Positions 1-12,200 of a stretch of DNA of 64,000 nt are shown in pieces. Both the position numbers and the translations under genes were made by a program. Within the stretch, counting starts at the first letter, position 1. Each line of letters begins with the position of its first letter. The DNA lies in assembly GCF_040938485.1 (NCBI RefSeq), contig NW_027271000.1:2666001-2730000 (forward strand), read 5' to 3'. The notes beneath the pieces are model-generated. The model ran no database searches. It was not told the origin of the DNA and was given only the letters and a program-made list of their open reading frames with translations. This stretch comes from Diadema antillarum. Taxonomy: Eukaryota.

Positions 1-1162
1 CGGCTGCTGTAAACACACACAAATCAAAATTATGAGAATCCCACGTCGCCATCACATGATTTTTTTTTCAGGGAATAACCAACGAATACTGCAAATGGAA
101 TGACTTTGTTATGAATCGATATCATGTCCACTAAAAGTCTCTCAAGACGTTTAGTGATAATGGACTAATTACTAATGTTTTGCTACATTAATGCCATATA
201 ATGCGTAGCCTATACCGTATTTTGTCAGACATGGTTACTCAAAAAAAAGAAGAAAATGACTGGCTGGCAGTCTAGTTGTTCGGCCGGAGACAGCATTGTT
301 GTCTGGGTGTTCATACTTCGTTCATTATTTGACGGTTACTGCCAAGATCCTCGACTTCTTTATGACGTTGGTTTACTGGCGACCTGCAACACCATCAGGT
401 TCATCCGCTCTGACAGTTGCTAACAGTTCCTCATCCTCACAAACTTTTACCATGACAGCGATACTGTATCCCTCAGAATAAATACGAAATAAATCGATGC
501 CTTTATACATAAATGACATCAATCTGACTGTTACCAGTATGCCCTATATACATTCTATTATACCTCTTCTAAACTCAGCAATTTGAGTATGAACATATCT
601 GTTCAGAGAAGTAAAAGACATAAAGATGCAATGAAAAACAGTCACAAAGAATTAAGGAAAACAAAAATAGGGGCATGCCAATGAGCCCGAGTTTCAGCGA
701 AATGTAGCACACACACAACATACCGAGAAAGGTCTCGGGCCCTCTGTCAGCCAATGTATTTCTACAAGTGTTCATGTTTCACGTCGAAATGCAGAGTTCG
801 GCCGCGAAAATGCGACGAAATTATTTGAATTCCGACACGTCCCACACCTGGCAAATTTCCACTCTTTCTCCCTCTCTACTTTCTCTACTTTCCCCCATAC
901 CTTTCTCTCCCTGCGGCTCCTTGGCCCTAGCAGGCAACAACAGGAAAGAAAATGGGCTATGTATACCCCAAGCGGGGCAAAATGAAATTTAGTCGTATTG
1001 TGTCAGAAGCACAAGAAATCTTAATCAATATGAAGATTTAACTAATCCATTTAAAACCACACGGAAGCAAGTGGAGCATGGTTCATGAAGGTCTCAGAAG
1101 GCATGATGGTCGGTTAAAGAAAAAGTGTAATGTCTAAGTATTAAGTGGTAAAGGCTATCACT

Positions 1163-2278
1163 AACAAGAGACCCGCGGGTCACGCGCTCACCTGAGTATC
1201 GCAATTTCACCTTTCATGCATTCTTGCACACTCTTACCTGAGAACATTGGAAACTTTAGGTCTGCATATGGATCCCTCCCCCCCCCCTCAACTCGGGGGG
1301 GGGGGGGGGGCAGGCAGTCCTGGATCTGAATCTGCAATTAACAAACTTGGAACTAAAGTCATCAATGTACAAACTCATGGCATTAACTTTGCTTTATCAT
1401 TTCTGGTTCTAGAGCAGAAGATTTTACATATTCCTTAATGTGGGGGGGGGGGGGGTGGGCCCCCTAGTCCCTCCCCCCCCCCAAGAGGGACATGGTGCCC
1501 ATTTGAAGGAATTGAGATTCTATCCCCCTAGGGATGCTACCTGCTAAGTTTGGTCAAAATTCATCTTGAGGTTTTCAAGAAGAAGATGAACATGTACAAT
1601 TCAGGCTCCATTACAACTGTATTGTAGGACTTCTCCCCAGCCCTCTCCTGGGTCCTAAGGGGGGGGGGGCACTCCTGATTCCGCCAACCCCATGAACAAA
1701 CTTGAAACTACAGTCATCAATGTACTAACTCATAGTATCATCTAAGCCCTATCACTTCTGGTTCTAGAGAAGATTTTTAAAGGTTCCTTAATTTTAGGGG
1801 GTTTGGCCCCCTAGGGACCCCCCAGGTGGGCAATGGAGCCCATTTGAACAAATTGAGATCCTATCCCCCTAGGGATGCTACCTACCAAGTTTGGTGAAAA
1901 TCAGACATGGCGATCTCAAAGTGAAGATGAAAATGTACAATTTAGGCCCCATTAGGACCCCTCCCCACCCCCTCCCCTGGGTCCCAAGGGGGGCACCCCT
2001 GATTCCCCCATGAACAAACTTGAAACTACAGTCATCAATGTACTTACTCAACGTATCAATTAAGCCCTATCACTTCTGGTTCTAGAGAAGAAGATTTTTA
2101 AAGATTCCTTAATTTTAGGGTGTTTGGGCCCCCCTGGGGCCCCCCAGGTGGGCCATGGTGCCCATTTGAACAAATTGAGATCCTATCCCCCTAGGGATGC
2201 TACCTGCCAAGTTTGGTGAAAATCGGTCATAGGGTTCTCAAGAAGAAGATGAAAATTTTTAGCTCAGGTGAGCTAAAA
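1163..2278 (+). mobile_element. Helentron-associated non-autonomous element (HINE/DINE-like) with about 2.8 internal tandem units of 320-355 bp
   Basis: 5' AACAAGAG, palindrome GACCCGCGGGTC, subterminal inverted repeats GCTCACCTGAG (1186-1196) / CTCAGGTGAGC (2263-2273) followed by TAAAAA. The repeat marker AACAAACTTG recurs at 1340, 1695 and 2013. Confidence 0.8.
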
Positions 2279-2794
2279 ACTGAATTCTAGAGGGTACACT
2301 CAACAGTCTTTCTCCAGCCATGTGACGGTTTCAGTGATACTTGATGACGTCACGACTTATGGTCGGGTCGTAATAAATGGTTATATACGATAATTATAAC
2401 GACGAACTTCTATCTCAAAGTATGTGATCTTTCTCCCTGGAAAACTTTTCTGTTTTACCCAACCAGTTGTGTTGTTTTGCTACATCTCACAAACATCGTA
2501 ATTTTGTCATGTAACTTATGTATGAAGAAGTGGCTGTTGTGCATTTTCAGTGGGCAACCTTACAATTTTGACCAATGACCTGTCCCGTACTGCTTGAGAA
2601 GCTACCTTTTGATTGATTGCTAGTAACAATAAATTTGACAGTTACAAGGTTTGATCACTATCCATCCGTTTAACCAGAATTAGTCGCTCTATTCGCTTCG
2701 GTACGTATACCTTGCAGCACGGTAGAAGGGGTCAAGGGGAGAAAAGTTGGGAAGAGTGAAAAGGAGGGAGGAAAAGGGGACAAAGAAGAGATCT

Positions 2795-2937
2795 GGGGAC
2801 CGTTTCATGAAACTTTTTGTCAGTGATTTACACTGACAACTGTTAAAAGCTACTGAAATCCTTGCGTCTGATTGGCTGATAGCAAATTTGTCGGTGAAAA
2901 CCTCTGACGAACTCGTCGATGAAACCCCCCCCCCCCC
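2795..2937. mobile_element. Short decayed MITE (PIF/Harbinger-like GGGG-CCGTTTCAT termini)
   Basis: GGGGACCGTTTCATGAAAC...GTCAG versus CTGACG...GATGAAACCCCC, imperfect inverted ends. Confidence 0.4.
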
Positions 2938-5900
2938 TGGAGGGATGGTATATGCAGCAGAGGAACGGAATCACTTCAGTATCTTTTAACGTGCTCCAAA
3001 CATAATGTTGCTATTTCATAGTCGTATAGGTGACAGTTAGCAAAACACTGACCGAATCGAATGAATATACTAGTACTGTCTCACGACTTTTTTTGAAGCA
3101 GTCATTTGGTATAAGTGACATTCAACCGACAGATGCGTTGTCATGCATCAAACAATAGATGGCTTTATATACCGAAAGGTGTGGGGGGGGGGGGGGGGGG
3201 GGGACTAAACTCTACAGTGTGACAGTTCTGCTAAAAACCCTTCGAGCTAATAACTGTCACTTTCGTGACGTCATGTGAATTGAGGGGATTTTATTCAGGG
3301 AAACACGGATCAATCGACGCTCTATAATAACCCAGAGAAATGGACAAGGGGGCAACGCCATGCACGTGCATTAGACTATCAGGTAAACACCTCGCAGAGC
3401 TTCCTACATCCGCTTTCCGGTTTAGGATTATTTTCCCGCTTTGCTCCAGAAAGGTCCTATCTCATACGTTTTTGTTGATATACATGTATAAATCATATTT
3501 TCGCAGAAGCTAGGACCAATGTCTAGTTATTCGCTGTAACATTAATTCAAAATCATGATAAAATTATGACAAAATTTGCATGGTTATGAATTTCTGATCG
3601 ATGATACGATGCAGTATTTGTATTTTGTATCATTATTGCTCTCTAGTCTCACGTATATAGTTATTTGCTTCTCAAAACTACACTAACTGATACTGGGTTT
3701 CATGCAACACTTGATAGACGGTGGAAAGTTTTGTTGGTTGTTTTTTTTCTATGATGAAACTTTCTTGTGGTCAACTTAACTTCAAATCCAACAATAGATC
3801 TCCATCCTTGTACCGTATGTAAAAAAAAAATACAACGAGACTCTCCGCAATGATAACTTTAAAAATAGTGAATCAATCCAAATACAATTTCAGGGTACGA
3901 AACTATAACTCATTGCCCACATCTTACAGAAAACCCCATTCGATTTGCTTCAGTGGTCAAAGAGAAATAAGGAATTTTGTAGAGCATGTCAGGAATCTCT
4001 TCCCTCCAAGTTCTGTCTATTGTGTTCACACACAATAGCATCCAAGTGCTAAACTTGGAAGAATCAGACTCATGACATGCTTTACAACAATCCACATTTC
4101 TCTGTGACTGCTTAACCAAATTGAATGGAGTTTTCTGCAAAATAGAGCTAAGATGTTATATTTTAAGATCTTGAAGGTAGCACATAGACAATTTAATCAT
4201 ATTGGGTGTTATCAATGCCAAAATCTGATTGTAATTTTTTTTTTTTTTTTGGGGGGGGGGGATATACTGTATAGTAAACTGTCGAGGTAGTACTGTGATG
4301 ACTTCTGAAGAGAGGATCATTTGGGTGCCTGACTGCAACACAACTGCCTAAATGTTTTCTTCTTTTCCTTTTTACACAATGCATGAGTAAGAATTTGCAA
4401 CACATTTTTTTTTTCAGATGGTATTCTATTTGCTAACAACCTACACACATAGCAGGTTAACTTTATTCATGAATCTACAATAAATCACGATGTATAATTT
4501 ATGATAATAACAGAGAACCATTAAACTATAAATATTTATTATAACAGACTACCGACGGCAACTGGAGGTTTTCGTTCTGCGATCCTGTGTCTTCCAGTTA
4601 TACCAGCGGTCATTAGATGATGGTCGGCAAAGTTGTTGTTTGTCTAGTGCACAAGGGTGCAATTTTTCCCCTTTCATTATCACGTCCAAAATCAGATCGA
4701 CTCCTTCATTTTGCGCGTGTGAAAGACATATGGCACGGTTGGGCGACAACACACAAAGTTCGTTTCATCACCAGCGTGCCCGGCCAGTCGCTTCTACAGC
4801 CACCGTTCGGGGTCACACGGTGTAAAGAAATGTTTGTGTTTAGAGGGTAAAATATAAATACCATCGTTACCCAGAAGAATACTGCAAATTAAGTCGGGCG
4901 TGCATATATTGTGGAATCAATGTGAACTTTTCACGTGAATTTAGGCAGAGGAGGTCAAGTTTGGTTTGGTTCCTAGCATAACAAATGTGGCTGGATGGAT
5001 TCCGATTCCAGTGAAATATTTATAGTCTATTCGTCCTCGTCATGCTGCTATTGTCATCCATATTTCCATAACACACAGCTGGCGTGCGAGCTGAGAACTG
5101 TGGAATGTCGTTCTCTCAGTGACTGACATTTGCTTCCTACGTGACCAGAACATCATCAGCAAAACATTTTCCACAAAAGATTGCACTGTGTAATCTATAC
5201 TCTTGGCAGAGCACCTAAAAAGTTCAAACACTCAATTGGCAGTTATAAACCAGTTCTAGTTCTAAACCATTAAGATAGTATATAATGCTCTAATCTGATT
5301 TCTTTTTCATGCAGCGAATAAGTCTATATCAGCGTCACTGTGATTAACATGAGCCGATATAATACGGGAATTCTTTCAAGTGAGAGCGAGCATACCAAAC
5401 GATTTATATTTATATCTGCGCTATATAATTTTTCCGCCACTCTAAACATTGCGGGTCTTCAACGTCATCGCTACCGCCCGTTCCTCGATCTGATTTATGA
5501 ATTAGGCTCTCGTAACCCCACGGTGACATTGACCCAAAACATACTCAAGGGATGTGTGACTGGCTACAACTGAAAGCAAACTGGACCATTTTCATCATGG
5601 AGATAATCACTTTGCCAGGTTTGATGATAATGTGCCGAACAGAGGACATTTTTTGTCACTTTTCATGGGGTTATCTCTATCAAAGCGACGCATCTTCCCT
5701 CCCTTGACTCAGAGTCTAACTGGCGCCATCAATGAACACCGGCTGCTCGGGTTGCGGATAACATCTAATAATGATGATATTCATGAAAATATTTTATTGT
5801 TTATCTAGAGTTGCCTCTTCAGTGTCAGCACTGTACGTCTAGAGGGGCCTGCCATTACTACTATCTCAGCACTGCCAGATACTAGTACACCGTACTCTAT

Positions 5901-6311
5901 TTCCATCTAATTACAGAAGTATATAGGGCTTATAGATACAGCGGCTATACGACAGTTTAAACGACACATAGGCCTATCATCTCGGTGCGACTATTGCGCC
6001 AAGTGAATGGCAACTATACTTACTGGCAATTATTTCAGATTACATTTTTTTACAAAAGTCGAAAATTTCTACGATGCTTGTTCACACTTCACTTGATATT
6101 TCTTATGATCGTATGAAACATATTTACAGAACAACACAACTCAATTTGTATTTCACTGCAATTTTAGCATGTCAAAGTATGCAACATAATTCAGACTGAA
6201 TAATACACTATATCGAGTTATTGTTACAGTTTTGCGCACTCTCACGCTTCAAACTTGATCAGAATTAGTTCAACCCGGCAAGAATTGATGCGAAATGAAT
6301 CTTTTAAAAGA

Positions 6312-6480
6312 TGGCACTGTGGCACTGTGGTATAAGACTGCTGACTTTCGATCCATGATCCCGAGTTTATGAATCCCATTGCCTCTATACGCCCTTGGAT
6401 AAGATGTTTAACCCATGGTGTTCCCTTTGACGAAGTTGTAGTTCTGTACTTGAGTTCCTGGCAATGCTATGAAAAAATAA
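6312..6480 (+). mobile_element. Decayed tRNA-derived (CORE-like) SINE
   Basis: A-box-like GTGGCACTGTGGTATAAG, B-box-like CCCGAGTTTATGAATCCC, then GCCCTTGGATAAGATGTTTAACCC, which resembles the CORE segment. Confidence 0.5.
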
Positions 6481-8994
6481 TGGCAGGGCCCTCTGGTACT
6501 ACAGTATAGTACCAGCAGTAACTATCTTATTTAGACAATATTCCCTTTTCAAACAGCAGAATGACCAGCATAAAAACACAAAACAAAAAGAAAAGTTTCG
6601 CAAAGGTGACTTTAGGTCCAACCACAATGAAACCATGAGACCGAAATTTCAAAAGATATGGCCTGGGACAATTAAAATGCTAGTATTTTCATATGGGCAC
6701 AGAGAGAGGGAGAGGAAAATGCTAATTTTGGAAAGAGTTGAACACTGCGAGACAAATCTATTAAAGGCCAACTATTCTGACCATGATATTAATGAAAACC
6801 GTGGCGGGTGTCTTCGAACAGTGACCTTTTACCCTCGCGTTTAATGACACAACCCCTGCTGATTTCTGCCGAAACTCATGGTTTCGATAATATCCACATC
6901 AGACTCTGATTAAACTTGAAGACTGCCCATCCAGTTGACAATGGCACAAAACACACCCCTGTCAGAGAAATCAAAATAAACGAAACAAAAATCATGATGA
7001 CGTCACGGTGCTACTGACATCGCCACATGGTGAAGGCAAATCAACGACCGTCCAAACTTCGGCATGATGTCATTCATTTTGACAGAAACGATTTTGATTT
7101 TGTTCAGTGGCAGCAGTATAGCAAATAACGTCATACCATCGGGATGAAATAGATAATTATGTTAAATGCCATTATTCAACATTGGGAGCAGCGATTAAAA
7201 CATGAATCATCACATTTGATGCATATATTATAGTTCAATTGTATCACAAAACACCCCACCGTACAAAAATACCCAAAAACAAAAACAAAAACAAAAACAA
7301 CAACAACAGCAACAACCCCAGAATAAAGCCGCGAATACAATCACTAATTTACTCAATAAATCGTCACGGTGACGGTTTATTCTAGATTTTTTTTTCTAAT
7401 GAAACTATTGTTTACATTTTGTTTACATCTAACAATACTTAACAATGAATAACTCTCTTTCATATCATAAAGAGATTTTCTGAGCCCGAATAGCAAACTT
7501 GATAAAGTCGGCTCCACATGGTTTCCCTTCACCGTAAAAATGCGTTTTACCTTGATATGTATAATACCGTGTGCCACATGGACACAGAAAGAGTAATGTG
7601 TGTACCCTGTCCCCGTGACATTTTATTACTGACGGATTTTTTTTTCACAGATGCCTGCTCATATCAACTGCATTGTCATTCAATAAACATGCCGGAATGT
7701 GACTCACAGACCCAACCAACCCTTCAACATCGCCTCTAGGGCCAACATTGATTTCAGTCAACATTGGCGTTCCATCTATTCGTACCACCGCTTTGCTGCT
7801 GGGGATATTTTGATCGGATTTCTTTGTCTGGATGCATGCATGCTCTCCCTTAGCTTCATATTCGCAATCAAAAATTATTTTGGTATCCATGGTAACAACG
7901 AAATAAGAATCGATGTTTCAGGTGTGATGGACACCAGACCATGGTCAAGGTGTCCAAACAAAGACGGCGACAGAGCTGTTCCTCGCTTGGTACAGAAGCC
8001 TATCTAAACTCCAGACACAAACAGCTGTGTTTATACCTCAGCACTGTGCCCAGTGTCTGCCTTGCTCCTTAGCAATAACAAGTGGGATGTTTCCGTCATT
8101 TCGTCAAATCAGAACCAATATAAGCTAACATCGGTGCGTGTAAACGAAAAATATCCGCGTCCAGGATGTCATTAATGTTCTCATATTAGCCACACTTAAC
8201 CTAATTTGACATACGGCATTTCGACTTTCAGTATGTTGATAATTCTTTTTTTCCGAATGAGAGAGATACGAGGTACACTTCAACTCTTTGTGAATCTCTT
8301 GCTCCATTTGATAACATAACAAGTGACTCATGCACAGACGCTTAAAGTAATGACTTCTTTACCAATCATTTCTGGGACAAGGTGATCCTTACTACTTTGA
8401 GACATCTCATTCCCGGTTCCAGTAAGCATGGACCGATTTCCATTTCGTGCAAAGTACCGCTGACAGTTTGCTCTGATTTTATTGAGCTCATTTTTCCTGT
8501 TGTCTGACATTAATTTTTGCGTTGAAGTAAGCAAATCGTAAAGAAAGCTGTCAATCCTATTTCACATAAAAATGAGTTCACTTGATTGATATGGATTTTC
8601 GTCTAAAACATCTCTGGATGAAGTGGGTTGTCAAATTGAGATTTTACTGAGCAACGCCATCGTGTATCGGCTAAACAGTACTAAATGGTATGGTTTAATA
8701 GATGTTCATTTTGACTCCCATTTGATTCCATTTACTATAATACGGGCTCCATCTTTATTATTGATTCTTTCTTCTAAATGCTTCTAAAAGGACATTCGCC
8801 AGGCAGATCAAGATCAGACACCATTACCAGACGTTATAATATTCCAGAAATATTGTTTGACTGTTGCTACTAAGTCCCGGCAACTAAGATCATGATGGAC
8901 AAGTTGAGATCAACCAAGGAGGCATCTTCCTTGGGCCAACCTTCAACATCGCCAGTATAGCGTCTATGGTAAAGGCATCGTTGCTAAGTCCGGA

Positions 8995-9207
8995 TTATCT
9001 CTTCATTGAACGTGGCCGAGCCTGAAGAGGAGAGTGTTTCGACCGTGTTGTCGCGGTGACGTGTGCCGCCGCGGCGTTCGACAAACAAGAGGCGATAAAT
9101 CACCTTACATACGGTGAAGGTCGTGGCCCGTGAATACCATCAACACTCGTAAGCGAGAAACACATCACTACCAGCAGTACCAATACACTCCGGCGTTCTT
9201 CTTTCAT
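8995..9207 (-). CDS. Candidate small secreted peptide (exons 9109-9207 and 8995-9021), or a membrane-anchor exon of another gene
   Basis: MKEERRSVLVLLVVMCFSLTSVDG is signal-peptide-like. Donor TAT|gtaagg at 9109, acceptor ctctcctcttcag| at 9021, 87-nt intron, phase 0. No homology recognised. Confidence 0.3.
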
Positions 9208-12200
9208 AGGGACTCGAAAAAAACTGTTACGAACGTCTTTTCGGCACACGACATAAACAAAAAAAAAAAAAAAAAAAAAAGGAAGAAAAGAAAAAGAAAC
9301 GTGGTGATTTAGGATTATATACAGATGAGGTGTGTATTCGCGAGCCTAAATATGGTTATAATGACAGTTGCTGGAGGGATGTGAAGCTTACCCTCAATAG
9401 CATTGTCATGCCTCTACTATCATAAATCAGTTAAACAGTAAAAGTGAAAATGTTACTCAACGAAACAATTGCTGAATACGATATTCACGTAAGGCTATAT
9501 TCGTAGAATACTGACCCCAGGAGCATTGCAAGAATTTTCTGTTATTGCTTATTGCTTTATAGATGGACCCATTACCTAATGTCCATCCCCCTACCCCTGA
9601 AATAGGTCGTAACTAAAGGGCTGTTCATTTGTGATATGAGCCTAATTCAAAAAACAAAACAAAAGAGAAACTGCGTCAACTACAAATATTTTAGTGCATC
9701 TTCCAAATTTAATTTTCAGGCGTCAGATGTTACAAATCATGGCGATTATACGTAAATCAACTTTGATAAATCTGATTACGTGGCTTTAAAAGATGGCAAA
9801 CTGACACTAGCAACATAGACATTCCAGCACATTAGTGTAAGTGAAACCACATCAATCTTCCAGGGGAAGGAAAAAAAAGATTCAGAAAGTTTTCCAAAGG
9901 GACAATCGCAGTCATTACCTGTTCGTGGACTGTCAGAGTACAACCGGATGTTTGCTCTAAATCTAATATTCTAGATCTGCAAACAGAGGCAGTCTGCACA
10001 TTTTATGTTATTTTTCTAGTCTCTTTAAAAAAGGAGGGCATTTTTTGGGAGCAGCACAAGGTATCATCATAAACATTGTTGGCTTAAGGAATGTTCTGTG
10101 AGGACATGTTTCTTTGTGGTTAATACTGGAGTATTAAACAGGAAAGGGCGAACACAGGAAAGATTTAGTGTTTGTCTTGCTTTTTCCTGTTACTGTCGTT
10201 GTATGGCTTCATCGGCGTTTTTCATGAGCGATTCAGTGAGTCTAACGGTGCGATCAAACTTATCTAGCCTGCAATCGAGATGAAAATGCTAGATAGTGTC
10301 GGTGCACACCCAGTACCGGAAACAATTTTACAATGGCGCGGTTTGCATGTTTTTGCAAAGTTTTCCAGAATCCATGTGTGATGCATGACCCAGAAACCAC
10401 ACTCAATGCTGCGAAAAACAAACTCTCGCATATTACATCTACTTTAGATTGCCGGGATAGAGTTATCAAAATCGATTGCCACGAACACTTGTTACCATGG
10501 TAACCACGGCTCTGACATCATGACCGAACAGCGGGAGACGGACCAAGAAGCACCAATATGGGGACCAGATTTGCGATGCGGGATTGTATTGTGTGTGTGC
10601 CTTTTTCCCCCACTTTCTTTGCGGTTGGCGGACATCATGTACAACGAGAGACAAAATGTTGTGGTTAGGCAGTCGTTGGAAGCTGGCAACACGTTTTAAA
10701 CACGGCAGAACCCTTCTCAGTTTAGTCATGTATATCATTATCAATTGTGCCTTTGCCACTGGTGTGCCAGTTGAAAGAACATAACTGTCGTCCCACCGCA
10801 CCCTTTTGGCATTTCATTATTTCCTTCCACGTTTCGGTATTTAGAGGACGTGCCATGATATACATGTAATTAAATAGTGTTATGTGTACAGAAAGTGTAG
10901 GATTTAAGAAAAAAAATATTCCGAAAAAAAGTAATATTCGTGTAACAAAATTCAAATTTGAATCAAACTGTTGTCACAATATCATATAACCACAGTGTTA
11001 GGTGCGCAAGTGCAACAATGGGGGAAATTAGCTTTACTCCAAGGAATGAGCATGTATGATGTACAATTAGTTGAAACCCCTTTTTTTTCACCGTGTGCAG
11101 ACGGTGAGACGCATGTTCTTACCCGCTTCTTTCTCAGAGTCAAAGTCTGTATGCCTATAAACGTATGCGGTGCGACAATCCGATGTTGAAAAAAAAAATA
11201 ACACCTTTCCAAACGCAAGACTCTGGCATGTTTTGTTCTAGTTTGCTTGCTTGCTTGTGTGCTTTATCAATCGAACCTCACTTTTTAAAAAGGTTTAGTT
11301 TGTAGGCCCCTTTGCCTTTTTTTGCCTTTTGTGACAATATCATGCCAAACCGAAGAGGTGCTATATAGTGCATAGCACATCGACATTGTTGTGCGTCGTA
11401 TATGGATGCGTCGTATATGGATGTTATTTTGCTCTACGTCCCCGTAACGAAGATAGAACACTCAATTATCTATTATTCTTATAAATTTTTAAATCATGGC
11501 AGATTACATTTTCTTTTCATAGAGAATAGTCACAAAATTCCAAAGAGGATTCAAAAGGCACACTCCTCAACTTTTGAATCTCTAACAAGGAGTGTTTTCA
11601 CAAATATTTTCTTAAATTTCAAGAGATCATAAGGCCTGAATATTTAAAGTAGATAAAAGAAGGGGAAAAAAGCGAATATAAGTATGGGCCTAAAGTCCTT
11701 GTTTTAGTGACATTATACCGCATTATCATTATGCAATGAATAGGGAATGTTATCCAAAATTAAATCATGAGAATAAATAGGTATTGTCAAAGTCTGATAA
11801 TAAATGTGATGCATTGTAAGCACATCACAGGGCCATATTTTTAGAAATTGTTTTGTTGATTTCATTTTCAGAAGCGATATATGTTCTGCTCTCAGACGTG
11901 TCGGGAGGAGAGTAGCTTATATTCCAATCCCACTGGACAACACGGGTCGGGGTTTACAAGCCACCAAGGAGAGAGTTGGGGTGGCGATTTTGGCAGCATT
12001 GTGCGTCTTCGGTATGTGGAACATTGATCTGTCTTCTTGGGGTCTTTTCCCTGGTAATTTACCAGATCAGTTCGACAGCAGAAGGGTGGATCATGAATGC
12101 GCCTCTCATGAAGAAGAATGAAACCCATTACTTCTCGGAATGATAAACAACCCTGTCCATTGATGATTGCATTATCCCGTATAATCGTTGGTCTAACAAT

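Noticed and set aside
575-775. Hydrophobic 66-aa minus-strand ORF
   Set aside because: Hydrophobicity comes from a T-rich polypyrimidine tract of a probable intron.
1340-2260. Regularly spaced repeats as a possible CRISPR-like array
   Set aside because: Units are whole 320-355-bp tandem copies with no unique spacers, inside a eukaryotic Helentron-type element.
3183-3203. Long G homopolymers here and throughout as G-quadruplex elements
   Set aside because: G/C runs are ubiquitous in this genome and length-unreliable in assemblies, with no positional pattern.
6312-6385. tRNA-like sequence
   Set aside because: The cloverleaf cannot be completed and the B box is broken. It continues into a CORE-like body, so it is a SINE.
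11391-11423. 15-bp tandem duplication (similar ones at about 53954-54003 and 57851-57890)
   Set aside because: Ordinary slippage duplications with no evident functional overlap.
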